From: Gnetum montanum
Taxonomy: Eukaryota; Plantae; Gnetophyta
Length of the DNA: 64,000 nt
NCBI GenBank assembly: GCA_015680685.1
Contig: MNCI01002465.1
Coordinates: 423,268 to 487,267, forward strand
Direction of reading: 5' to 3'
Positions within the stretch are counted from its first letter, which is position 1; every line of letters starts with the position of its first letter. The notes under the pieces are model-generated. The model was given only the letters and a program-made list of their open reading frames with translations. It made no database searches and was not told the DNA's origin. This document shows positions 41,501 through 54,162 of this stretch, piece by piece. The position numbers and the translations under genes were made by a program.

Positions 41501-44329
41501 AAGTTGGTTAACCTTAAGAGTTTGTTCCAATGATGGAAGGATTTCCTAAGTTCTAATCAATGCACAAACAACAAAATCCCTAGCAACGACACCAATGATG
41601 AGCAACGAGGTACCCCTACATCCAACCATACGAATACGTGCATTCATGCATAATCTAGTTGAATTTCAAGGATTAAGTGCTTATGTGGTTATATATAACA
41701 AGGATGAGTTATCCAATCATTGCCTTCCCAAGCTTACTTGTAAGGAAAAATTGTATGGTTAAGTAAATTCAAGGTATATGATTTTTATGTTTTTTATATT
41801 TTCTATCTTAGTCTCCTAAGTGTGTGTAATGAAACGATTCCATTAACTAATGGGTCTTTCTCACTCTAATGTGAATCAAATCCTAACATTAGCATACATT
41901 CCCACTCTTTGAACACCTCCTAAACTAGTGTAACAGTACTAGGATTACCAAACACTAGTTGTTACTGGGTTACCAAGTGTTCCACATATGCTCGAAGTGG
42001 TCATGTTGAGTGTGCTAATTTGTTGGTAATTGATAATTAATAATTTAATAAAAATAACAATAATTAACTATTGAAAGCATCAAATAATAGTAAATAACAT
42101 GAAATGCAAGAATTAAGCTATTCTAAATGTTGCAAGGTTTATCATAAAGTTCATCTTTTTTTCTGGTCACAAGGTGTGCTCAAGTACACAATGCTTAAAT
42201 AAAGATTCATTCCCTCTGTGACTCCTACTACAGGCACTCAAAAATAATTCTAACTCTAGAATGGAAAAACTGCAAGAGTTTAGCTAAGGGACTAAAAAAC
42301 TAATACCCAAACCAAGTGCCCTTGTCTCTTATTTATAGCCAATGAGACAGGTTTTGACATTGCATGCCCAATATTGCTTCAACACCTCTAATATCACGTA
42401 TCTAATATTGAGGGTATGATATCAAGACTTATTGGTTAAAAGAGCAAGAAAACACTTAGAAATGATGGTTATGGTTCAAGCTACCTCAAACCTATGATGG
42501 GTGCTTGTGCCTCAAAATTGAGGCATGCAAGAAGGTGATGAAGTGCGAGAACTTCCTCTTAAATATTTCCTGGGTAGCACCCTGCATGTTACAATCTTCT
42601 TTTGGGCCATCTCTAACAAAAATTGCTACAAATGGTGTATCCCTAGTTGTCTTTATGGGGTAGATCTAAAGGAATATGACAAAATGGGGGGTTTTTTCTT
42701 TTATGGTGATGGAAAAAAAAGGGCTTTGAATGAAAGATAAGACATCTTTTCCACATGTTAAAGTTATAGTAGACATCTTTTGTTCACAAAAGATGTCTTG
42801 CCTATGACACTAAAAAAATTAGAGAGACATATTTATTCTTTCGAAGACATATTTCATTTCAAAAAGATGTTTTTTGTCAAAAAATGGGATAAGGTTTAAG
42901 AAATGCTGAAAATATATTATAGTCTTAATGAAAGCTTAAAAAAACATACCTCTACCTACCTTAATACTATCAAAAAGTGATGAAGCTTAGAGAGCTAGAG
43001 AATGAGTTTTCTCTTTTGAAAATTCTCCTCACAACCGAACTTCTTCAATGTCCAAGGCATAACTTCCTCTTATGAATTTGTTGATCAGGATGTTTTGATT
43101 CCCTTGGTTCTATTGTTTAATTCTCCACTCTTTTCTTATTGTTTTGGTCTTTCAAGTTGACATACATTGATCATGCATAAAACAGTTTCTTGATGTACTT
43201 TGATAAAACCAAGAAGTCTTGTGATACAACTAAGTACTCATATGATAAAAATTTAAATTGCACTCCCATTATAAATTTCCTATTATAGAAAAAGTGATTA
43301 GAATTTTCAAATCTTTGAGGAGCTTATTGATGGATAGAATTTTGATGTAGTGTCCTTACACTTTAGAGATTTCTCTAGATGAAATGAAGGTTTTTCAGGT
43401 TCTTCTTCTTGGGAACAACATCTAAGTTCACTTTTTTCTTGTGGACTTCTTCCTTGTCCTAGAACCATTTGAAGAGACTTCTTCCATTTAGCTGGTCTTT
43501 CATTCACAAGTTGTACATCTACAACCTTCTCTTTCATTTGCTCACATGACTTGATTAGATCTTTATTCTTAGCCTTAAGGTTTGAGATTTTTTTAGTAAG
43601 ATCAAAAATTATTGTATTCAATAAAAAAAGTTCTTGATCCTTTACATTTAATTTCTTATTCAACTTTGTATGAAAATTTTGAAAATTTAAGAGTTCTTTA
43701 CACAATAAATCAAACCTATCATCATCATTAAGATCATCGTTTGATGAATTAGTTTCACCATTAGTGAGGGCCATGCAGATGAGATGAGAAGTTTTTGCAT
43801 CATCCTCCACTTCTTCCTCACTTTGCTCCCCATCATTCCAACTTGTATAAAAGTTGGTCTTCTTTACCCCTTCGATGTACTTGTTCTTGGACTACATCCT
43901 AAAACTACTAGGACATTTAGAGGCCATATGTTCTCTTCCATCACACATCCAACATTATAAAAAAGAAAAATCTGTGTTAGAATTTAAAAATTTATTACCT
44001 CTTTCTCTACCTTTGGACTAATTGAATCTTTGCTAATATTTTCCTTTATTTCTTCTAGTTAATAGTCATTTTAGCTTCCTAGTGATAAAGGCAATTTTAT
44101 CTCCACTACCATCATCATGCTCATTAAGCTTCTTCTCCTTTGAGGTAGTCTTTAAGGTAATGAGTTATTCTTGAATAGCTCCTTCACTTATGAGATTCAT
44201 TTCATAAGCAATGAGAGCACTTTGAATCTCTTTAAATTTTAAAGTTGAGAAGTCTCTAATTTCTTCCATGGTCATGACCTTATGTTTGAACTTCAGTTGA
44301 AGAGTTTTGATCATTTTAATGATCACATC
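29569..44329 (-). mobile_element. Pol-less SIRE-like element (gag plus env-like ORF) hosting the Athila insertion at 32556-42411
   Basis: 3' LTR at ~29569-30722 (rc ATTCATTCCCCC motif ~29595) and multiple PPT-like tracts (~30723, ~30804, ~31109). The env-like ORF with KWTTF..LIREFYCN (32421-32555) continues at 42412-42750. gag at 43307-44329 is cut by the LTR at 44330. Confidence 0.72.
32556..42411 (-). mobile_element. Athila-like Ty3/gypsy element, near complete but degenerate
   Basis: Two LTRs (32556-33366 and 41596-~42411) and a tRNA-Asp-type PBS (rc TGGTGTCGTTGCTAGGGAT) at 41576-41594. gag ~40050-40600, protease ALLDLGSGVN ~38850, RT CIDFRLLN..DHFPLPF..FMDDF 37448-37819, RNase H VVFALEKFRHY, integrase DIWGIDFMG..VDYFAKWVE. 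Possible TSD GTTGA/ATTGA. Confidence 0.92.
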
Positions 44330-47300
44330 TGATGAGCAGTGAGGTACCCCCTACTCTCAATCATATGAATCACAAGTGCTCATGCATGATCTAGTCAAAT
44401 TCTATGGATGGAACTAGTTGTAGCATCTAGATCATTATGTATTGATCACATTTCATTATCTTTCCACTTGGACTGGTGGTAGCTTTGTCACATATGCTTT
44501 AGTCCAAAGTGAGACCTATGATTCTTGATGCTGTTTTGGCCTTATGCTACTCCTAATGATGATAAAGAAATCAATTATTTGAGCTAATTAACAATGGAAA
44601 GTAAAGTCTAAACTAGCCTACAAGTGATGAGTGTCCATTCCTAGCTTTCCATATACATCATGAGCCCATGTATCCACTACTAGGATTATCAAGCTCTATG
44701 CTACTAGATGAACCAAACAATAACATTCTTGGGGTTACCAAGTGAATATGTGTTTACACATGAAATTGGTCATGCTTATTTCAGCAATTCATTAATATGC
44801 ATGGAAACGTTAATATTAACTAAGCCAAAGTACCACAATGAATAAGAATCAATCTTGATCTTATTGTCATCCATGAAATGTGTTAAAATACATTTCCACT
44901 TGAATAATATGTCATACAAATAACTCAGATCCATAGTATGAGCACTCACTAACTATTCTCTAAGAATACGAAATAAAATTGTAAGAGTTTAGTGACTCTA
45001 TTAACTAATACAACTCCAAACCATGCATCCAAGCACTATATTTATAGGTTGGCACACATCCCGTGATATAGAATATCCAATATCACATCTTGACCTCTTA
45101 TATCAGGTATTTGATATTAGAGCCAACAAAAATATACTTCATCATACCCCCATCACTATATGAAAAGTCGTCCTCAAGTGAACAAAAGGATTAACAAGTC
45201 ACTTACAAAAAATTGGGAATGATGGGATTATTGATTGATGCTGACTACTGACTGACTTTAAGTGCCACATTACAAAATTTTATTTGAGTGGATGTATACA
45301 AAATGATAGAGTAACAAAAATACTAGACATGCATTGAAGATTTAAAATTTGTAGAGGTCTTTACAAATCCATTGAAGATGATTCTTCTTGTTGCTACTAG
45401 TGATGGGTGACTTTCAATCTTGACTATTATGTCAATGCTTCTCAAGTTATGCAAAACATTATTAAAGAATGAACTAAAATTTCTTTTCATCATCCCATGG
45501 ATCTATCAAACACATGATGTTTAAGTAGCTATCTTATATGTGCTACAATTTTTCCGTGAGCATATCCTCCGTTGTCCCCCTCTTGGCTTTGTTTTCTTGC
45601 CTCGTAAAAGACCTTCTTCACTAGGTGTTTCTTTTGGCATCACCTATAGTCACCGAAGGATCAACATTAGTTTTAGTAAATTTTCCTTAATAATCAACCC
45701 TTTTTAGATCCCTTAGTTTGCGTTCAAGCATAAGGTGATGACAACATACTATGCCCAAGGCTATGAGGTAACTAAAATCATCAAGTTGTTCATCTTATTT
45801 TGGTCAATTACTATTAGTTACCACAGTGTTGAAAAATAAGATGTTACAAATTTTTTTAAAAATTTCAAAAAATTGCAAAGCACACAAGTTTTTGAACAAT
45901 TGAAACCAAAGGTCTAATTCAAAAGATTGTCAAGAAATATTAATGGATATGGAAATAGAAAACTAGAAAAAATTAATGAAATGAATGAGAATTAGTTCCA
46001 AAATTATGCATAAATTGAAAGAAACCATCACTGATGTTTTGAAAGATGTAAAGGTTAGTTCAATGCCATGATCAACAAAAGCTATACAAGTGGGTCCTCC
46101 CCAAAGTAGGCTCCTACCATAATACCCTTGTATAACCACTTCTATAGATGTTTATGGGCATCCTAGAAGTTAAATGTAGATCATGCCTTTGTTCCAAATA
46201 ACACAAAAATGTTGTGGTTGGGATGTTGCATTATACTACACAAACCACAAAGGCTCATAATCACATAGAGTAGTGAGGTGAATAATTGGATTAGAAGGGA
46301 TTGCAAAGATAGGGATGTAAGGTACTTAACCATGTCCATAATAGGTTCTCATAAAAAATGTGATTAAAATGATCAGCATATCCATATGTCCAAGTTCAAA
46401 TGAAGTCCATACCATGAATAGTGACCTCACATTGATTTGTTCCTTCTGGTTGATCATCAGGAGTCCACAAACACCTCAAAGAATAATCATCACTTCAAAA
46501 AGAGAAGGAAAGAGACAAAGGAATAAAGGGCCTTAGTTAGAGAGGTGCCTTTAGGCATGGGTAACATGTCTTTCAAACCCCATAACTAGCACTTGTAGCC
46601 CATTATTATGTCTAAGGGTTGTGCTTTAAATTTCTATTATTATTATTATTTTCTCTCTTTTTTTTTTAATTTTAATTTTTTTTTGAAATGGGAACCACAC
46701 CATGTAAAGACATAGCTTTCTATTTATTGGTTGACGAAGGAGTGATGATACGTTCCTCGAGGAGTCATAAACCACATGAAGGAAGTTAAGAAGAGAATCC
46801 AACAAGTCCCCTTAAGGTCACACCCTTTGCCATTCCCACTTGGTCATTCCCTCTTTCTTCAAGGCATAATGATTATTGATGAATTTTAGTTTCATGAAAG
46901 AAGAACCAAATTGTTTCTATGAAAAAGACCTTTTATTTAGAGAACTAGAGGGATGGATGAGGTGGTCTCATTACTTTACCCTATTACTTACTCAATCATC
47001 TTGATAGCATAGCACAAAAACCCAACACATAGCGTTGAATTTTGCATCATGACTAGGTAATATTATTAACAAAAACATAAAATACATTAATAAAACATAA
47101 AGAGAATGACTCAAGAAAAGAAAGAAATATATAAAAAAGAAAAATAGTAAGTAATGGAAAACGTATGAAGAATTAGAAATTTTTTGAAGAAATAGAAAAA
47201 TGATAAAAAATTGTAAAACAAAAAAGGTGAAAAATACTTATTAGTTCTTAAAACAAGATGGAGCATCTCCCTCACAACTAATCCTATGGCTGCACATTTA

Positions 47301-50030
47301 GGAGATGGGCCACACAATCCCTTGGTTATACACCATTAGTTTTCCATCTAACACTATTACTAATTTAAGTAATTATGTGGTAGCATATCTAACAATGGTG
47401 ATAGTCTCATCTAGATCATTTGAAGAAGTATCTTCATCTAGAATTGAAGGTATTTTGATTTTTGAGATCCATATGTGTTTTCTTTTTCTTCTTGATTTTT
47501 TGTTTTAATTCGCAAGTCTCTATGTTTAATATCCTCTTTTGGTGTATAATCAAAGTGTAAGATATCTATGTCTAAGTCCTTTGTTTATTCCATTTTCTTA
47601 AGTCTAGAACTAATAAGTGGATCAATTGCATCCAATAATTTTTCAAATAATTTTATATTCTCATTTTCAAGCCATTAGGTTTCTTCTAGTTTAGTGGCTA
47701 CTATGTGAATTAATTTTTGCTCACACACTTGCTCTTTGGACTTTGTTGTGGGCTATGTTAATAATTTGAATTTCCAACCCACAACTACATGCTTTACTAT
47801 TAGTAGTGATGCATGAATTCTACTATCTCTCCACAATGATAGGTTCATCGTTTTTGTTAGGTATTAGAGCAATGATAGATGTTGGCCTTTGCATATGATT
47901 GGAGGACATTAGTTGTGAAAGGAATGGTGTTGCACTTGATTGGAATTGTGCTAGTTTGGATGCATTAGTAGGTCCACAAGTGTTATGCTTATGTATGAGA
48001 ATTGTCCTAACGAAAGAATGTTTCCAAGATTGTGGTGGAGATCTGCTAGCATTATTATTTCTATGTATGTTCATAGCATAAAGGGCATTCTCTCGTTGAT
48101 GTTATGTTGCTAAACATTCTTGTGTTATTGGAGGTGACATATGGTGGAGGTGAGCATGAGAATATTAAGGATATGATGGAGGGTGAGAGATGTGAGGTGG
48201 TGATCTCATATAAGATGTTGCAAGTTAATGATATTTAGGAGAGTAGTAGTGGTGATGTGAGGTAGAGAAAGTGAAACTAGTTGGTAAAATAAGTTGTTGA
48301 ACATAATATCTATATGTGTTTAGTTGGTAGTAAGGGTAGTGCTGGTTTGATGATGGCCTCCCGCACAACTATGGGTTTTGCCACTACGTTGGATGATAGT
48401 GTTGAAGCTAGTAAGAAGTCCCACTTAGATGGTACAGTTGGTTGTAGGACTATCTATAATTACCTTGTGAGAAAGGTAATTTCCTAGGAATTTGCTTTTT
48501 TATGAACTTGTGATTCAATGCAAAATCCCAATACTCATGTAGATGTAACATGACTAGGCAATAGGCCTTTGGATAGTCATATTTGCAAATGTCAAATTCA
48601 TCATCTTCTTTAGTGATTGAGTCTATAGCCTCTTCTTCTATGGCCATTTTCTCTTTTTATTGATAACTGTTCTTCTGTCTCTTGGTTCTTTTTTCTTCTT
48701 TTGTTGTGCCCACTTGATTTATTTTGCATTACTTTCTCCTCTACGATTTCTACGTAAGTTGTAACTTTTTCATTTATCCATTCTAATATCTTATCTACCT
48801 TTGCTTAAAGCTCATCGATAGAATTTTATATTGGCAAGATTTGTAGTATAATCACCTCCTCGAGAGCTACCTCTTTTTCCTTATCATAGATGTGGACCCT
48901 TTTCTTTCAAAGAGTTTGGTCCCAATTATTTTCCTCTACATTCTCTTGTTTACATAGCTCTCCTTCTTCTTTTACTACCCACTCAATTAGCATTTGTATC
49001 TGCTGGACTTTTAATTCATATAACTAAACATGGGCATAAATCCCTAGGGTCTTCCTCATTTCATTACAAAGCTCATCTATGATGCAAAAAAGTTGCTATT
49101 TTTGATAGAAATCATGGCTGGGACATATATGTAGTAGCAAATAGTATCTATCTAAGGCCACATCCAATGGTTCATGATTTTCTTACTTTCACCCTTCGAT
49201 TTTTTTTAGGTTTGAAACTTTCGCATAGGTTTGGTATTTCTTGTTGAAAAGTTTTAGTATTATGAACCACTAGTGGATGGAGCTTGGTTCCAATCATCTA
49301 TACCAACTTTCAGCTTCATCTATTAGTGTCCTAGGGAAGAGCTTAAGATTTTGCCACTTATTTTCAATATTTTACAAGGCATAGGCATCATGGAAGACTT
49401 TTAAGTTATGTTGTGGATCAGAATTATAACCTCCCCTAAATTTAGAAATTTTGTTCATGTCAAGCCATTTAATATAGTTGTCCCTTTGATACCTTTGGGA
49501 TATTTGAACGACCTTCCTAATTTGTGTTAGGCCCCTAGTAGCCAACAAGGGTTCATCTGTACTAGACATATCATGGTGATAATCTATATTTCTATTCATT
49601 TATTTGTGATGATCTTGCCTATGGTAATTTGATGTCTTTGACATTACCCTTGGGTTTGATTTCTATCTTTATCTTAACCCCATAGTGGAGCTTTATCTCT
49701 ATACCAATGTTCATCTTCGTTAGAACTAAATGTTTGAGACAAAGAAAAAGATGAGAAACTAGGAGAATCACCATCACACTTAAAGTTCTCCCTTTTGTCC
49801 TTTGATTTATATTTTCTAGGTTTTGAGAATATCCTAGGCCTTGAGGCCCTCCTCGATCACTTACTCCATCTCCTCTAGGATTATCTACCTTAGGTGAACC
49901 TAGTCCTTGAGTGTAGTAATGGTCTAAATGAGCATAGGAAACCCTTGCTTGATGTTGTTCACTCTAATTTTTAACGAGGAACTAGAGGACTTACAAGAAC
50001 AAGTTGCAACATCATAGGTTTTAGATGTAG
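44330..50030 (-). mobile_element. Athila-like derivative with gag but no detectable pol; 5' end missing
   Basis: 3' LTR at 44330-45144 (TGATGAG..TTCATCA) followed by PPT (rc). The 3' region is homologous to 33367-35350 (AGGCATGGGTAACATGTCTTTC; GGGAACCACACCATG). gag at 48450-49600 is homologous to 39500-40600. No RT/INT motifs lie between them. Confidence 0.8.
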
Positions 50031-50376
50031 GGGACAAAAACTTGCAAGGGAACATGATATCAAATTGTAATGGCAATCTCTGAGAAACAACTAAAGCTTC
50101 CTCAGTTAGTAATAGTAGTTGTAGTAATATAAGAATTGATCAATTTTAAAATATAGAAAGCTCCCAACCAGATACAACTATCAAAACTTATATTGCTAAA
50201 TATATATCCAATCCCAACTAAGCTGGATGATTGCATGCCTAAGCTAGCCCAATGTAGTCATGTGTAGATGCTAGTGTAGGCCACATAGAAAATACAAAAT
50301 AAACCAATGATTTTAGCCAAAAAGACAACTAAGATGCCTATGGAACCTGTAGTAGTTTCTATGACATGAGATTTAC

Positions 50377-50665
50377 TCTTAGTCTATATTTGTAAACTAC
50401 ATAGCCACCAATTGCAGCAACAAGTAAACGCAGCAAGACAACCCAAAATGCCACCAATCCTGCCTTTCCTCCTTCCTTCACACCTATGCAAAAATGGAAA
50501 ATTAAATAATTAAAAAGAACTTTTGAAAAAACATGGACAATAATCAAATTATAGAACACAATTAGTGAACCTACTTAGGCAAGTATCATATGTTGCAATG
50601 TACAAAAGACCTCATCTAGAGCTGCATTCAAAGTTGTCCCATATATTTTTGCAACTACAATGGAT
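50377..50665 (-). pseudogene. VSR: Vacuolar sorting receptor gene fragment: partial EGF3 exon (50575-~50665), intron, and transmembrane exon (50377-50483)
   Basis: CSCKNIWDNFECSSR*GLLYIATYDTCL|GT, resembling CSCKNTWGSYECSC..LLYMRDHDTCI. Then AG|..GGKAGLVAFWVVLLRLLVAAIGGYVVYKYRLR|GT. The ~90-bp GT-AG intron is retained. Confidence 0.88.
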
Positions 50666-51126
50666 GAGTTTAATGACATTATTAAATAAGAGCATGCTAT
50701 TGAGATGTGAAATCAAAGCCATGTTGTTTAGCTCAAGAGATTTGCATATAGGTTGCATGGTGCTATTTGTGTATGCACCATGCATTTGCACAACATAGTT
50801 ACTAGAAATGGGAATGGGGAAACATGACGACAACACAATCGGAATGGAAAAAAATTAGGTTGTGAAAAAGAAACGAGCTTTAAACATAGAACCTAGTAAC
50901 TTTAGCAATTTAATTTTTATATTTTAGTAAATTTGTGTGTATTTCTTTGTTCATAGAACAACAATTTAAAATGCAATACAATACAATGATTTATATATAT
51001 ATAAATTTACAATATTTTTATTTATTAGTATCTAAGAACAATTAATTATCAATAAACTTAGATAGAAGTTCTAAAAGAATTTATTTAAAAAAGAAAAGAA
51101 CTTTAAACAAAGAACCAACTAGTAAC

Positions 51127-51578
51127 TCTTGGCAATTTTTATATTTTAGGTAGAATTGCAGGCATATTTATTCTTACTTGACATGAGATTCAAGTTGTTC
51201 AAATCCACTATGACATAGTGGTGAGCCTACAAGTGAATGAATAATAATAAAAATGGTTGGCTTGGCTAACATTTACATCGTCCACATACATCACATACTG
51301 TATTTACTGTAATAATAAACTCCAACTCAAAGAGAAGCATGTAAGTAAAAGAAAGACCAATGAAGAGATAATGTACAAAAATGGTTTTGAATTGGTGGTT
51401 TAGCCAATTTTGCAGAGGGAGGAGGAATGGTTGTTGCAGAGGTAGTGATTTACCATATAGTTCACGAACAAGCTATGGAGAGCAACTTAGAAGTGGCAGT
51501 AGTAGTAGTGTTCACAGCACAGGCCCCAAATGGTTCACCTGCATGTGTTGCTCATTGTTGTCCTTGCCATAGAAGTGG
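51127..51578 (-). pseudogene. FEY: FOREVER YOUNG-like short-chain dehydrogenase fragment: two exons (51454-51578 and 51127-51226) with intron
   Basis: Exon 1 reads HFYGKDNNEQHMQVNHLGPVL*TLLLLP, resembling FSKDGYEQHMQVNHLAPALLSVLLLP. Exon 2 reads AHHYVIVDLNNLNLMSSKNKYA..KIAK, resembling MHxVGFVDxxDMNVVSGxRKY..SKLAQ. Both have AG/GT borders. Neither is called in the ORF track. Confidence 0.65.
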
Positions 51579-51714
51579 CTGTAATTTTTTTTCGTTCCAT
51601 GTTTGCCCTTTCACACACTCAATTCGAAATAGACCTACATTTAATTCAAGAGAGTTCCAGAGAGTTTGAAGCAAGTTGAGAATAAACCACTTCATATCCT
51701 TCCATATCATATAT

Positions 51715-51845
51715 TTGAAGCCATAAAATTAAAAATGAAATTAAAAGAAAATGATACGTATCAATCGATGAAACATTTTGAAGCCATAAAATTAAAAAAT
51801 GAAATAAAAAGAAAATGATACGTATCAATCTAAGATGAAACATTT
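51715..51845. repeat. ~63-bp tandem duplication near the MED15a/SDR junction
   Basis: TTGAAGCCATAAAATTAAAAA(A)TGAAATWAAAAGAAAATGATACGTATCAATC occurs twice. Confidence 0.9.
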
Positions 51846-51939
51846 GGAACAAGTGATGGTAACTCTTCATGGGTGATGGCATTTTGAAACGGGATCCCGT
51901 TTCCACGTGAAACTTTAAGAACCCGTTGTGTTTCTGGCA

Positions 51940-52440
51940 ACCTAGTTGCACAGCTTTCCCACCTGCCAAATCGTAGTTTGAAATTTCCTCCATTTTTAGC
52001 TGTATATTCAGGTACAGTACTCCTAGCACATTCATCCTAAATCTTTGCCACATCTGTCAAGGACATTGGTTGAGGAAGCGTCCTCACGGTTACATGAAAA
52101 TTTGCTTTTGCTTTAGATGAGAGGTTTTCATAGCTATTGCATAGTTGAACAGGAGCTCTGTCAAGTGACACAGGTGAAGAATTTGGATAACTTTCTGGAA
52201 TAAATAGCCGTACAGGTGAAATGGGTCTTACTTGAGATGAATGGTAATGCGATCTCACGCTTGGACTCAATGCCAGGGCACTGTAAGAACATTTTACCAC
52301 AATGCCATCCTTTCCTTCAGCTGCAGTCACTGCTGCATCATTGTCATATTCGCTATCATCAATTACTGTATCTATCAGCTGGTTATTGATTTCCCGTATC
52401 TGGTATTGTAATATATGGTTCAACTGGATTCTTGGTTTTA
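51940..52440 (-). pseudogene. MED15A: Mediator subunit 15a C-terminal domain, intronless fragment
   Basis: KPRIQLNHILQYQIREINNQLIDTVI..ISPVRLFIPESYPNSSPV..ENLSSKAKANF..LPQPMSLTDVAKI*DECARS..FGRWESC. One TAG replaces the conserved W at 52037-52039. No introns. Confidence 0.9.
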
Positions 52441-52954
52441 AAAAAATTTACAAGGTCATGAGCCCTGCAAGGACCCACAGAGTACTGCACTGCAGGGGCC
52501 ACGTGATCCTACAGAGGCCTGTCTGCATTGTAACAACGCTGCCCCAGAGAACGTTGTTCGGCACCCCAAGAGTTTCCCAAGCAGATTCTGAATCAGGATA
52601 GCGAATCGTGAATATTGTTTATGAAACACCGCTCAGGAGACATGCTAACACTAACACATTGGTTGTTGCGCTGGCCTGTTACGGCTGTGTAGCTCCTTAC
52701 AACTCGGGCATGGGCAGGACCCTACCCTACCCTATGCTACTGACGTCGCCATCTGGGCCATCGTCCCTTGACATAGCAATGACGAAGCCCTCGTCGGTGA
52801 CAGAAAACCCTCGCTGCTGTTGCGCGACTGTGCTCTCTTGACCACCCGCGTTCCCCTGTCAGCTTATGCTCCCAACTACCCGCGTTCCCCTGTCGCCACA
52901 CTGCCAAATAATAGCATGGTAGGGCCACACTACCAGCTGGTCCCCCGTAGTTGC
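52441..52954. promoter_or_regulatory. GC/CpG-rich non-coding segment upstream of the MED15a fragment (possible promoter/5' leader)
   Basis: Many intact CpGs, CACGTG at ~52500, TGACGTC at ~52741, and a 17-bp direct repeat ACCCGCGTTCCCCTGTC at 52844 and 52878. Function is inferred only. Confidence 0.35.
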
Positions 52955-54162
52955 TGATAGGCTCTTAATACAAAGTGTTAGAGATGTCTTAATAGGCAGT
53001 AGGACACCCTTCTATTATGCCTCTCTCTAAGCCTTTCTAAGTCCTCTTCATATCCTTATCTGTTCTTTGAAGTGTTTCCTTATGGTAAGATTCCTACACT
53101 CTTCATTATGGGGCCGATGTTACATTGTGAACAACTGATGTATGTTGTTCTTGTAGAAGATGTATACATTTGTGTTATGATATTGTCCTTCACTAGTTTA
53201 CTTGTGATTGGACCAGTTGTAGTTTTATTTGATATGGCAGAGGAGAGTTCTATTGGCAACATATAAATTATTATTACTCAAGGAGCTCTTACCTTTAGTC
53301 TCCAATGATTCATCTGGGATGAATTGGACCTAGTCTTTACTTCGGTCTCCACCCATATGACATGTATCAAGATGGCATTGATTGAATTGTGTAGGATGCA
53401 GTATCCTTGCACTTCCACTAACCCTATATACAGTGAGTATGGAAATTATAAATTGGAACATGTTGATTCCCAAGTACCTTCGGATGAAGGGCTTTTGGAC
53501 ATGTGCTCTCGGTGAGCCTTGTTCTGGGTGGTTTAAGACCATTGCCGATAGACTTTGTACATTTGTGTTTGCAATTGTATGTTTGTCTAGTTGTGTAAGC
53601 ATGTCTTTCTTGGTAGTATTTTCAAATTCTGCATGCATGTTTCTTTCATCGTGTCTATCATTTGTAATGCAAGGCTTTATGCTCTACATGGTGTGATGAC
53701 TTATTTTTGGGATTGTTAAGGATGCATTTTAAGGCCATTTGTGCCATCCCAAGGCCAAATGCTTGTGGTCCTTGTTTAGACAACATCTTCTACTTTAGGC
53801 ATGATTGTCATTGTTGCAGACCTTTTGTGTGTTGTGCTTCCTTGTTTAAGTTGTTTGTGTTGCCCTTGGTTGTGTGGCATCATCACCTTTGATTGGTGAC
53901 ATTTCTTTGAACATTGTGATTTGGAGACCTTCTAGAGTAGGTCTTCTTATTGTTGGTTCTTATTGAGACCTCACCTCTCTTGATGAGAGTCTTTCTTATA
54001 GATGCATCCTACTTGATGTTGCTCTTTGTAGCAAGAATTGGAGCTTGTTGAGACCTATTATTGTCTCCCTCCTTGTTTTCATGTTGAGATAATGAATCTC
54101 TATTTCCCATGCCTCTTATGAATTTCTTGAGATTTTGGATCCTAGTGGAAACCAATGTCAAT

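Noticed and set aside
51585-51720. Possible third SDR exon (NVGLFRI resembling NAGIFSI) or a poly(A) remnant at 51585-51592
   Set aside because: The match is too short, the implied intron is only ~40 bp, and the T-run is too short to call.
50030-52955. Helitron or TIR termini around the gene mosaic
   Set aside because: I could not identify a convincing hairpin-CTRR end, TIRs or TSD by eye, so no element is annotated.
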